From the UHGV virus genome UHGV-2135452: a DNA stretch of 10,619 bases; one strand, 5' to 3'. This document shows, piece by piece, positions 1 through 7,549 of this stretch. The notes beneath the pieces are model-generated. The model was not told the origin of the DNA and ran no database searches. It worked only from the letters and a program-made list of their open reading frames with translations. The stretch's first letter is position 1. Each line of letters starts with the position of its first letter. Position numbers and translations under genes: made by a program. This DNA is from a virus.

Positions 1-135
1 GGCTTTAATGTCATAGGGAGTCGTGACTCCGTTGCGTATCTTTTTTTGTCTCCTCACCGTCTGGTCGGTGTCCTGCTGAGACTTATAACTTCCTGTTTTT
101 GTTGGTGTAGTCCTTACACCGTCCAATCATTATTT

Positions 136-153
136 GGGCTGGCGGAGTTTGAA
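136..153. repeat. Degenerate direct copy of the ssrA 3'-end att core (candidate attR remnant)
   Basis: GGGCTGGCGGAGTTTGAA at 136..153 resembles GGAGCTGGCGGGAGTTGAAC at 10541..10560, same orientation, with mismatches and indels. It lies about 55 bp outside the left arm-type repeats. Confidence 0.3.
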
Positions 154-206
154 TAAATATTGTATTGCTTTGATTTTTAATGATTTTGTTTAATTCATTT
201 TTTGTG

Positions 207-231
207 CGTATACCTAATCGTATACCAATGG
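207..231. repeat. Arm-type repeat CGTATACC x2 (putative Int binding sites, left arm)
   Basis: CGTATACCTAATCGTATACCAATGG is nearly identical to CGTATACCTAAACGTATACCAATAA at 10402..10426 just upstream of int. Confidence 0.4.
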
Positions 232-291
232 CTGGAAGTTAATGTGAAATGAAAGCGCATTTTTACTTGGATTGATGCTATATCGTACAGG

Positions 292-412
292 AAAAAAAAT
301 TTTTTTCGAAAGAACTGTTCACACTGTTCACCTTTCTGTTTTCTCCTTTTATTTCAGAGTGATAGATGGTGAATAATGGGTGAAGGGTGAACATTCGATT
401 CTTCACCTCCGG
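292..412. repeat. crr direct repeat 1 (about 120 bp) with TGTTCACC / GGTGAACA type I iterons (alpha binding sites)
   Basis: Begins with an A8T7 tract and contains TGTTCACACTGTTCACC plus inverted GGTGAA copies. Near-identical copy at 473..592, period about 181 bp. Matches P4 crr (two 120-bp direct repeats with type I iterons) downstream of alpha. Confidence 0.7.
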
Positions 413-472
413 CATTCTGCCGGTGTGACTTGTGCAGGGGATTAATTTCCCGTGCTGAAATCACACCGGAAG

Positions 473-592
473 AAAAAAAGTTTTTTTGATTTGATTGTTC
501 ACACTGTTCACCTTTCATTTTTCTCTATTAATTTCAGTGTGATAACGGGTGAATATACGGTGAAGGGTGAACAGTGGATTGTTCACCTTCGG
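473..592. repeat. crr direct repeat 2
   Basis: Second copy of the roughly 120-bp unit with the same iteron arrangement. The inter-repeat segment 420..469 holds a 9-bp inverted repeat, CCGGTGTGA ... TCACACCGG. Confidence 0.7.
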
Positions 593-605
593 GGAATTCA
601 GGGAT

Positions 606-630
606 AAAAAAAGACCGGCAGATGCCGGTC
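606..630 (-). terminator. Rho-independent terminator downstream of alpha
   Basis: On the minus strand: GACCGGCATCTGCCGGTC hairpin followed by TTTTTTT, starting 17 nt after the alpha stop codon. Confidence 0.6.
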
Positions 631-646
631 AGATGAGTCATGATGG

Positions 647-2980
647 TCAGGTTGTTGCAGGGTCGTCACATTTTGGCAGCCAGTCGCCGTAGCTTTCCTC
701 TTTCAGCGTCAGGTTGGTCTGTATCCCCTGTTTGGTATGGCGCTTCTCGTAATTCAGTCCGTATTCCTTCAGCATCACCGGCAGCCCCAGCCCGAACATT
801 TTCAGACTGAGTACATTCCGGTAGCCGTTTGCCTCCATGTAGGCCAGATAGGCGTGATAGAGGTATTTACGGTAATTACGCGGGATGATACTGGCGTTCC
901 CCATATACATGCCGCTGGTCTGCGGCAGGGTTTCCAGATAGCCGATAAAATCAAACGTCGGGTCGGCATCCCGTTTGATGTTCAGTGCCTCGTCTGAGTT
1001 CTGCTGGGACTGAAGCAGTGACCGGGCGAGCATCGGGTCGCTGAACTTCTGCATCAGGTGACGCACGATGACCGCCAGCTCGCGGGTGATTTTGTCCTTA
1101 AGCTGCGGGTCGCGCTCCTGCGGGGCTATCTGTTCCGGGAAGTGAATAATCACCCGCCGGCGTGACACGCCGCCGCTGCGGTCGGTGAAGCGCATCGGGT
1201 TATTGTTCACGGCCAGAATCACCGCCGGGATATGCGTGGAGTACGCATCCCGGTATTTCGGGTCAACGGACACCGCGTCGCCGCCGGTGATGGCCTTGAG
1301 TCCGGCACCGTCGCCGCTCCATTTTTCCTGGTCCGGCAGGCGTATCAGTGAGAAGCCAGTTAACGCGGCACGTTCACGCGGGGATTCCAGCGTCTCGATG
1401 GTGGCCGACGTGGCGTTATCCTCCCCGGCCAGCAGGGTGGCTATTTCGGCCATGATACTTTTGCCGCTGCCGCCGGGACCGGTCACCTCCAGAAAGAGCT
1501 GCCAGTCGTAGCGGTTTGCCAGCACCATAAACAGTGCGGCCAGAATCACGTCGCGTTTTTCCGCACGGCCACCGGCGGCACGGTCAAGCCAGCGCCAGAA
1601 CGCGGGGGCGTGGGTTTCCAGCGTTTCCCCTTCCACCGGCGGGGTGAAATCCACATCGCACAGGGTACGCATCCAGTGTGACGGACTGTGCGGGTGGAAC
1701 GTGCCGTTCTGCGTGTCGAGCACGCCGTTACGAAAGCCAATCAGGCGGCGGGAGGGGGCTTCCTGCTGCGGAATAATCAGCTTCAGGGTGTCCACCACGG
1801 AGGCCACCTTCCCGGAGGAGAACGGCGCGCGCAGACGCTGAAACAGCCCGGCCACATCCCGGGCAAAGTCCTGTGGTGGCAGCACCTTCCAGACACCATT
1901 TTCATAACGGGACAGAAGCTGGCCGTTGGCATCGACCGCGAGCGCCTCGCCGTAATGCTCATAGATACGCATGGCCTTTTCGCTGGTACTCATGGCGGAA
2001 AACTCCGCTTCGCTCATGGTGTCGAACGGGCTTTCAGCCGGTGGCCGGATGGCATCGTAAATGGCCTTACGGGTGGCCTCCCCGCCGTACTGCGTGAAGG
2101 CATCATTCCAGTCACCGAAGACCGGCGGCAGGGCAACAACGCCCTCACACGCATCTGCGGCTGCGGCGGCTTTTGTCTGGCCGTCACCGCTGAGGTCACG
2201 GTCTGCGGCAAGGACAATCTGACAGGCCGGATACTTCTGTCGGGCAAGGCTGGCCAGAGAAAGGAGGTTCACGGAAGAAAGCGCCACCATCACCGTTTCA
2301 CCGGTCAGGTGATGCACGGTAAGTGCGGTCGCGTATCCCTCCGCTATCCACAGACGTTTTCCTGCCTGATTCTGTCCTTCAAGGGTGTGACAGGTGCCCC
2401 TGACCTGTCCGCCTTTCAGGGTGCGCTTACGGCCGTCAGCACTGATTAACTGAAGGTTAACCAGTTCGCCGCTGTCGTCATACAGTGGCACCACAAGGTC
2501 ACCGGCGCGCCAGCTCACGCCACCGGCTCTGTGTGTGCCGGTCAGCATCCGGCATTCCCGGCCGGGAAAGCCCTTGCGGGTCAGGTAGGCGTTACCGGTT
2601 CCGGGACGGGTTTTCGCCATCAGGGTTTGTGCCAGTGCGGCGGCGTTCTTCCGGGCAGCGTCTGTTTCAGCACCGGCGGCAGCCGTCACTGCCGGGTCAG
2701 CCGGGGGCAGGCTGCCGGTCACGGCAGCCACCTTTGCGGCCGCATCGGACGGGGAAACACCAAACACCTTTTCAACCAGTTTCAGGCCGTCACCGGCACC
2801 ACACTGATTGCAGTACCAGGTGCCGCGCCCCTCCCTGTCATCAAAACGGAAGCGGTCACTCCCGCCACAGACCGGACAGGGCTGATGACGGTTTTTCAGC
2901 ACCTGAATCCCCAGCGCCGGGAGAATACGCGGCCAGTGGCCGAGCGCATGGCTGACGGTGGCGGTTACGTTCATTTTCAT
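647..2980 (-). CDS. alpha: P4 alpha-type replication protein (primase / SF3 helicase / origin-binding), 777 aa
   Basis: Length equals P4 alpha. N-terminal zinc-finger CPVCGG...CNQCG, TOPRIM-like AEGYATAL and AADRD, Walker A GPGGSGKS. ATG start; terminator downstream. Confidence 0.95.
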   Translation of the reverse strand: MKMNVTATVSHALGHWPRILPALGIQVLKNRHQPCPVCGGSDRFRFDDREGRGTWYCNQCGAGDGLKLVEKVFGVSPSDAAAKVAAVTGSLPPADPAVTAAAGAETDAARKNAAALAQTLMAKTRPGTGNAYLTRKGFPGRECRMLTGTHRAGGVSWRAGDLVVPLYDDSGELVNLQLISADGRKRTLKGGQVRGTCHTLEGQNQAGKRLWIAEGYATALTVHHLTGETVMVALSSVNLLSLASLARQKYPACQIVLAADRDLSGDGQTKAAAAADACEGVVALPPVFGDWNDAFTQYGGEATRKAIYDAIRPPAESPFDTMSEAEFSAMSTSEKAMRIYEHYGEALAVDANGQLLSRYENGVWKVLPPQDFARDVAGLFQRLRAPFSSGKVASVVDTLKLIIPQQEAPSRRLIGFRNGVLDTQNGTFHPHSPSHWMRTLCDVDFTPPVEGETLETHAPAFWRWLDRAAGGRAEKRDVILAALFMVLANRYDWQLFLEVTGPGGSGKSIMAEIATLLAGEDNATSATIETLESPRERAALTGFSLIRLPDQEKWSGDGAGLKAITGGDAVSVDPKYRDAYSTHIPAVILAVNNNPMRFTDRSGGVSRRRVIIHFPEQIAPQERDPQLKDKITRELAVIVRHLMQKFSDPMLARSLLQSQQNSDEALNIKRDADPTFDFIGYLETLPQTSGMYMGNASIIPRNYRKYLYHAYLAYMEANGYRNVLSLKMFGLGLPVMLKEYGLNYEKRHTKQGIQTNLTLKEESYGDWLPKCDDPATT

Positions 2981-2994
2981 GGTGTTGTTCTCCT

Positions 2995-3315
2995 TCAGTG
3001 CAGTACCGGCGCTTTTATGTGACGGGCACAGAGTTCATCCATCACAACCAGCCCGAGAAAGGACAGCGACGGCGCGGCCTTCAGGGGGCCGGATTCCATT
3101 AAATCTTCCAGCAGGGCACAGGCTATCTGACGCCCTTTTTCCTCACCGTGCTGGCGCAGATAAAAGCCTTCCAGCTCAGCGGCGATGGCAGCCTCCAGTG
3201 ATTCAAGGGTGAGATGCGGGTAGCGGTGCTGACGTTCGCACACGGTCAGCCAGGCACAGGCGACAGCGCGACGGTAAAGGGCTGCGCGTAAGACGGGCGG
3301 TAAGGGGGGGGGCAT
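2995..3315 (-). CDS. Hypothetical protein of the P4-like left operon (epsilon/orf position immediately upstream of alpha), 106 aa
   Basis: ATG at 3315 preceded by GGAGG with 7-nt spacing. Ends 14 nt before the alpha start. Codons 2-4 (PPP) are encoded by a 9-nt G/C homopolymer at 3304..3312. Confidence 0.6.
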   Translation of the reverse strand: MPPPLPPVLRAALYRRAVACAWLTVCERQHRYPHLTLESLEAAIAAELEGFYLRQHGEEKGRQIACALLEDLMESGPLKAAPSLSFLGLVVMDELCARHIKAPVLH

Positions 3316-3450
3316 TTGCTTTCCTCCCTGTGACAGATGACTGCATTCCGTGCCGGTTGCATTAACTGATAAGGCATATCTGCGTCTCCTGAAGACGTGC
3401 GTATCCCTGCGCGAATACGCACATTTAATTTTTCGGGTGTCGTTTTTTAA

Positions 3451-3906
3451 TTACAGATAATTGCGGTAACTGTTATCCGGGGTGATTTCCGGGTCAGGCT
3501 CCGTGCGGGGAATTTCCCGCCATTCCCGCGCCACCGGTGCCGCCCGGCTGACCGGAACAGGGTCCTGCGGGTAAATATCCAGATATTTCTCCCGCCATTT
3601 CTGTAATTCCGGGTCTCCGGCCATTTCTTTCAGTACCGCATGCCGGTTTACGGGGCTGCGTCTGAACAGGTCAGGACGGTCACAGGTAAATTCCCGCAGA
3701 AAACGCCCCAGCGGGATGTCTGTGGTGCGCCCGTCAGCGAGGATACGCACAAGGATACTGAATTTACGGCGGTACGGATTCCAGACAATGTCCGGGCAGC
3801 GGTACGGCATTTCCCACGGAATACCGTCTTCCAGAATGCCGACCACGGCCACATCGGGAAAACCGGCAGAACGGTAAATCTCACCGGGCTGGGGAAAATC
3901 AAACAT
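3451..3906 (-). CDS. Hypothetical protein, 151 aa (same length as P4 orf151; assignment tentative)
   Basis: ATG at 3906 preceded by GGGGAG. Start overlaps the stop of the upstream ORF (ATGTTTGA), suggesting translational coupling within the left operon. Confidence 0.6.
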   Translation of the reverse strand: MFDFPQPGEIYRSAGFPDVAVVGILEDGIPWEMPYRCPDIVWNPYRRKFSILVRILADGRTTDIPLGRFLREFTCDRPDLFRRSPVNRHAVLKEMAGDPELQKWREKYLDIYPQDPVPVSRAAPVAREWREIPRTEPDPEITPDNSYRNYL

Positions 3907-4342
3907 GCGTCCTGTCTCCCCGGTCTTTCTGCTGGGCGAGAAAATCGCGGCACAGGCCTTTGGCTTTCAGCTCATTCAGCACAAAATCAATATCTTCATT
4001 CAGGTAGCTGAAAATATGCGGAATGTAGAGCTGATGCAGGCCGGAGAGTTCACGGTGAATCAAATCACCCCCAACAAACTGGGATACGGCGCTGGCGCGG
4101 TTGAGCTTATGGTAAGCCTCAATGCTGAGGTGTTCACGGGCGTCATGACGTGCTGAGACGGTCTGAGGGGCTTTTTTATTACGCACGGGACACCTCCACC
4201 ACCGGCAGACGGGCAGCAAGGGAGAGCACATAGTCACGGACAAGGGAACGGCGGGCGCTGCGTTCATCACCGGCGACGGTGCGAAGCATGCAGATACGGG
4301 GATGACGGTCTGCGCGACGGACAGCCGCAAACACAAAGACAA
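3899..4342 (-). CDS. Hypothetical protein, first ORF downstream of the immunity region (kil/eta position); N-terminus uncertain
   Basis: Open frame whose stop overlaps the start of the 151-aa ORF. The track start at 4342 is TTG; in-frame ATGs at 4267 and 4231; none has a clear Shine-Dalgarno. Confidence 0.4.
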   Translation of the reverse strand: MSLCLRLSVAQTVIPVSACFAPSPVMNAAPAVPLSVTMCSPLLPVCRWWRCPVRNKKAPQTVSARHDAREHLSIEAYHKLNRASAVSQFVGGDLIHRELSGLHQLYIPHIFSYLNEDIDFVLNELKAKGLCRDFLAQQKDRGDRTHV

Positions 4343-4384
4343 ATTCAGGGTGTGAAGGGGTAAGGGTTGTAGCCATAAGGCAGT

Positions 4385-4430
4385 CTCCTTCGAGTAGCAA
4401 ATAACTGCTATCGCCGGAGTTCCTACGCTC
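4385..4430 (-). promoter_or_regulatory. seqC-like target element of the P4-type immunity system
   Basis: CCTTCGAG (4387..4394) and GTTCCTACGC (4419..4428) are both complementary to blocks in the seqB region. A 9-bp inverted repeat, GCTATCGCC ... GGCGATAGC (4408..4442), encloses the second block. Confidence 0.45.
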
Positions 4431-4439
4431 GATGGCGAT

Positions 4440-4520
4440 AGCCCAGACGGGGGTAGGAATACCGGCCTCGAAGAATACCGGCCAGCCCGGAGGCTGCCCC
4501 GCCTGAGCTACCATTGACTC
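4440..4520 (-). ncRNA. cI: Candidate cI-type immunity RNA (contains seqB); boundaries approximate
   Basis: seqB blocks GTAGGAA (4453..4459) and CTCGAAG (4467..4473) are reverse-complementary to the repeated blocks in seqA and seqC, in nested antiparallel arrangement. Position about 215-245 nt downstream of the predicted P_LE start matches the P4 layout. Confidence 0.45.
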
Positions 4521-4643
4521 AGTGGCATAACATGCGATTGCGAACAGGATCATACCTGCACGGCAAACCACACGCCACACCATAATCTGGCGCTCTGTGG
4601 CGTTGATTGCGACACAAAAAAAGACGCATGGCGCGTCATATGT

Positions 4644-4672
4644 CGCCTTCGAGTTACACGGGTTCCTACGCC
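4644..4672 (-). promoter_or_regulatory. seqA-like target element in the left-operon leader
   Basis: CCTTCGAG (4646..4653) and GTTCCTACGC (4662..4671), direct repeats of the seqC blocks and complementary to seqB. Lies 20-50 nt downstream of the predicted P_LE start. Confidence 0.45.
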
Positions 4673-4700
4673 CGGCTGCCGATTTTGCGGCAGCGGAAAA

Positions 4701-4730
4701 ACTATATCCGCAAATGCCGGAAAAAGGCAA
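4701..4730 (-). promoter_or_regulatory. Candidate sigma70 promoter (P_LE-like) for the immunity/alpha operon
   Basis: On the minus strand: -35 TTGCCT (4730..4725), 18-bp spacer, -10 TATAGT (4706..4701). Sits just after the vis stop and just before seqA. Confidence 0.45.
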
Positions 4731-4765
4731 GCCAGAAAAAGGGACTTTTTGCAGAGCGGGCATCA

Positions 4766-5032
4766 TCATGCGTCGTACCCCCGTTTGCGTCCGGCAATGC
4801 GCCCGGCCATCCATGCGGTGACTTCAGAGTGCAGCCAGGCCACATTTTTACCGCCAAGACTCACCTGCGGCGGAAATTCCCCCTTACGGATGAGTTCATA
4901 GATGGTCGAGCGTGACAGGCCGCACAGGTGCATCACTTCCGGCAGACGTAAAAAACGCTCCTGCGTGATGTCCGGCAGCGGCATCAGTGGCGTAACAGGG
5001 GCGGGAGACGGGGAAGAAAAAACAGCTTGCAT
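4766..5032 (-). CDS. vis: Vis / AlpA-family HTH regulator-excisionase, 88 aa
   Basis: AlpA/Xis-like HTH core [47 protein letters not shown] at 5032 preceded by GAGG. First gene downstream of the P_LL-like promoter, as in P4. Confidence 0.8.
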   Translation of the reverse strand: MQAVFSSPSPAPVTPLMPLPDITQERFLRLPEVMHLCGLSRSTIYELIRKGEFPPQVSLGGKNVAWLHSEVTAWMAGRIAGRKRGYDA

Positions 5033-5084
5033 CGGGCTACCTCGTTAATGTCCATACAGCACCGGATAAGTCCGTCCGGCTTCG

Positions 5085-5152
5085 GGTAGCGCTTTATTTT
5101 GTGAATATTTTCAGCAGACGCAACAGGGGGGATTTGTTCCGGCAGCCTTACA
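5085..5152 (-). promoter_or_regulatory. Candidate Delta/Ogr-activated late promoter (P_LL-like)
   Basis: TGT-N12-ACA dyad at 5135..5152 (TGTTCCGGCAGCCTTACA), about 55 bp upstream of an AT-rich -10 region on the minus strand and about 100 bp upstream of vis. Confidence 0.5.
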
Positions 5153-5310
5153 ATGGCTGTGCATTTTTTGTACATCAGCGCCAGATAGCTTTAAAACGCT
5201 CTGGAAGGAGCTGGAAAAAATTATAGTGAAATACAAATTGTTTTTTCTTATTTATTTCAGTGAATTAATAAAAATAAAAAGTAATAAACAGCACAAAAAG
5301 CCCATCAACG

Positions 5311-5339
5311 GGTGAACAGTGGTGAACAGAGGTGAACAG
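5311..5339. other. ori1-like cluster of three 10-bp-phased type I iterons (GGTGAACAG x3) in an AT-rich tract
   Basis: GGTGAACAGT GGTGAACAGA GGTGAACAGT at 5311..5340. Same octamer as the crr iterons. Flanked by a very AT-rich segment at 5220..5310. About 4.8 kb from crr, consistent with P4 ori1-crr spacing. Confidence 0.55.
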
Positions 5340-5417
5340 TAAAATATAAAAAAACAAACAGTAAGCCGGTTTTTCCTGCGACCTTTTCCTGGCTTGCCGG
5401 TCTGAGGATGAGTCTCC

Positions 5418-5482
5418 TGTGTCAGGGCTGGCACATCTGCAATGCGTCGTGTTGCTGTCCGGTGTACGTCACAATTTTCTCA
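5418..5482 (+). promoter_or_regulatory. Candidate Delta/Ogr-activated late promoter (P_sid-like)
   Basis: TGT-N12-ACA dyad at 5418..5435 (TGTGTCAGGGCTGGCACA), about 90 bp upstream of the sid ATG and divergent from the P_LL-like dyad. Confidence 0.55.
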
Positions 5483-5507
5483 ACCTGAAGTGACGAGGAG
5501 CCGGAAA

Positions 5508-6242
5508 ATGTCTGACAACACCATCCCTGAATATCTGCAACCCGCACTGGCACAACTGGAAAAGGCCAGAGCCGCTCATCTTGAGAACGCCCGCCTGATG
5601 GATGAGACCGTCACGGCCATTGAACGGGCAGAGCAGGAAAAAAATGCGCTGACGCAGGCCGACGGAAATGACGCTGACGACTGGCGCACGGCCTTTCGTG
5701 CAGCCGGTGGTGTCCTGAGCGACGAGCTGAAACAGCGCCACATTGAGCGCGTGGCACGCCGGGAGCTGGTACAGGAATATGACAATCTGGCCGTGGTGCT
5801 GAATTTCGAACGTGAACGCCTGAAAGGGGCGTGTGACAGCACGGCCACCGCCTACCGGAAGGCACATCATCACCTTCTGAGTCTGTATGCAGAGCATGAG
5901 CTGGAACACGCCCTGAATGAAACCTGTGAGGCGCTTGTCCGGGCAATGCATCTGAGCATTCTGGTACAGGAAAATCCGCTCGCCAACACCACCGGCCATC
6001 AGGGCTACGTCGCACCGGAAAAGGCTGTCATGCAGCAGGTGAAATCATCGCTGGAACAGAAAATTAAACAGATGCAAATCAGCCTCACCGGCGAGCCGGT
6101 TCTCCGGCTGACCGGACTGTCAGCGGCAACACTCCCGCACATGGATTATGAGGTGGCAGGCACACCGGCACAGCGCAAGGTGTGGCAGGACAAAATAGAC
6201 CAGCAGGGAGCAGAGCTGAAGGCCAGAGGACTGCTGTCATGA
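5508..6242 (+). CDS. sid: Sid capsid size determination (external scaffold) protein, 244 aa
   Basis: Begins MSDNTIPEYLQPALAQLEKARAAHLENARLMDETV, recognised as P4 Sid. GAGGAG 7 nt upstream of ATG 5508. The track ORF starts earlier at 5442 but has no Shine-Dalgarno. Stop overlaps the delta start (ATGA). Confidence 0.9.
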   Translation: MSDNTIPEYLQPALAQLEKARAAHLENARLMDETVTAIERAEQEKNALTQADGNDADDWRTAFRAAGGVLSDELKQRHIERVARRELVQEYDNLAVVLNFERERLKGACDSTATAYRKAHHHLLSLYAEHELEHALNETCEALVRAMHLSILVQENPLANTTGHQGYVAPEKAVMQQVKSSLEQKIKQMQISLTGEPVLRLTGLSAATLPHMDYEVAGTPAQRKVWQDKIDQQGAELKARGLLS

Positions 6243-6739
6243 TTTACTGCCCGTCGTGTGGACATGTTGCTCACACCCGTCGCGCACATTTCATGGACGA
6301 TGGCACCAAGATAATGATTGCACAGTGCCGGAATATTTATTGCTCTGCGACATTTGAAGCGAGTGAAAGCTTTTTCTCTGACTGTAAAGATTCAGGAATG
6401 GAATACATTTCAGGCAAACAGAGATACCGCGATTCACTGACGTCAGCCTCCGGCAGCATGAAGCGCCCGAAAAGAATGCTTGTTACCGGATATTGTTGTC
6501 GGAGATGTAAAGGCCTTGCGCTGTCAAGAACATCGCGGGGTCTGTCTCAGGAAGTCACCGAGCGTTTTTATGTGTGCACGGATCCGGGCTGTGGTCTGGT
6601 GTTTAAAACGCTTCAGACCATCACCCGCTTCATTGTCCGCCCGGTCACGCCGGACGAACTGGCAGAACGCCTGCATGAAAAACAGGAACTGCCGCCAGTA
6701 CGGTTAAAAACACAATCATATTCGCTGCGTCTGGAATGA
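6239..6739 (+). CDS. delta: Delta late transcription activator (tandem Ogr-like zinc finger), 166 aa
   Basis: Begins MIYCPSCGH. Two C4 zinc-finger units (CPSCGH...CRNIYC and CRRCKG...CTDPGC). Length equals P4 Delta. The track ORF starts at 6182, but ATG 6239 overlapping the sid stop is the likely start. Confidence 0.9.
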   Translation: MIYCPSCGHVAHTRRAHFMDDGTKIMIAQCRNIYCSATFEASESFFSDCKDSGMEYISGKQRYRDSLTSASGSMKRPKRMLVTGYCCRRCKGLALSRTSRGLSQEVTERFYVCTDPGCGLVFKTLQTITRFIVRPVTPDELAERLHEKQELPPVRLKTQSYSLRLE

Positions 6740-6812
6740 GGGCTGCCGGTTAACACCGGCCGTCGCCACACACCGTATTTTTATTCTTCAGCATGATGAG
6801 AAAGAGATAACG

Positions 6813-7385
6813 ATGGAAAGCACAGCCTTACAGCAGGCCTTTGACACCTGTCAGAATAACAAAGCAGCATGGCTGCAACGCAAAAATGAGCTGGCAGCGG
6901 CCGAACAGGAATACCTGCGGCTTCTGTCAGGAGAAGGCAGAAACGTCAGTCGCCTGGACGAATTACGCAATATTATCGAAGTCAGAAAATGGCAGGTGAA
7001 TCAGGCCGCCGGTCGTTATATTCGTTCGCATGAAGCCGTTCAGCACATCAGCATCCGCGACCGGCTGAATGATTTTATGCAGCAGCACGGCACAGCACTG
7101 GCGGCGGCACTGGCACCGGAGCTGATGGGCTACAGTGAGCTGACGGCCATTGCCCGAAACTGTGCCATACAGCGTGCCACAGATGCCCTGCGTGAAGCCC
7201 TTCTGTCCTGGCTTGCGAAGGGGGAAAAAATTAATTATTCCGCACAGGATAGCGACATTTTAACGACCATCGGATTCAGGCCTGACGCGGCTTCGGTGGA
7301 CGACAGCCGTGAAAAATTCACCCCTGCGCAGAACATGATTTTTTCGCGTAAAAGTGCGCAACTGGCATCACGTCAGTCTGTGTAA
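6813..7385 (+). CDS. psu: Psu polarity suppression / capsid decoration protein, 190 aa
   Basis: Length and sequence (MESTALQQAFDTCQNNKAAW ... ASRQSV) as recalled for P4 Psu. Last gene of the sid operon, immediately before cos. Confidence 0.9.
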   Translation: MESTALQQAFDTCQNNKAAWLQRKNELAAAEQEYLRLLSGEGRNVSRLDELRNIIEVRKWQVNQAAGRYIRSHEAVQHISIRDRLNDFMQQHGTALAAALAPELMGYSELTAIARNCAIQRATDALREALLSWLAKGEKINYSAQDSDILTTIGFRPDAASVDDSREKFTPAQNMIFSRKSAQLASRQSV

Positions 7386-7420
7386 AATTTCCCGAAAATC
7401 CGCCTGTTTTTACTGAAAAA

Positions 7421-7447
7421 AGCCATGCATCGATAAGGTGCATGGCT
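7421..7447 (+). terminator. Candidate terminator hairpin downstream of psu
   Basis: AGCCATGCA-TCGATAAGG-TGCATGGCT stem-loop preceded by an A-run and followed by a short T-rich stretch (TTTG). The T-tract is weak. Confidence 0.35.
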
Positions 7448-7549
7448 TTGCATGCGTTTCCCTGCCTCATTTTCTGCAGACCGCGCCATTCCCGGCGCGG
7501 TCTGAGCGTGTCAGTGCAACTGCATTAAAACCGCCCCGCAAAGCGTGCG

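Noticed and set aside
1-135. Possible coding sequence in the left flank
   Set aside because: No ORF of meaningful length in any frame; presumably chromosomal intergenic flank outside the element.
292-592. Possible CRISPR array suggested by short repeated motifs (also at 5311..5339)
   Set aside because: The repeats are 8-10 bp iterons and two roughly 120-bp tandem units, not 25-40 bp repeats alternating with unique spacers, and there are no cas genes. They fit the P4 crr and ori iterons.
737-3022. Multiple plus-strand ORFs (86-253 aa) antisense to alpha
   Set aside because: They lie entirely inside the well-supported alpha CDS on the opposite strand and are typical spurious open frames of GC-rich DNA. 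None has a Shine-Dalgarno or a recognisable motif.
4179-4814. 211-aa minus-strand ORF spanning the immunity region
   Set aside because: It runs through the predicted P_LE promoter and the seqA/seqB/seqC RNA elements and overlaps the vis 3' end. It is a GC-rich open frame with no convincing start or ribosome-binding site, so it is probably not a real gene, although a short kil-like ORF nested within it cannot be excluded.
5252-5434. 60-aa minus-strand ORF in the AT-rich origin-like region
   Set aside because: Low-complexity translation of the AT-rich iteron and promoter region; no start context.
5469-6015. Minus-strand ORFs antisense to sid
   Set aside because: They overlap the confidently assigned sid gene and have no independent signals.
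6743-6790. Possible terminator between delta and psu (GCCGGT-TAAC-ACCGGC hairpin)
   Set aside because: The stem is short and the T-run is about 13 nt away from it; more likely an incidental palindrome or weak attenuator.
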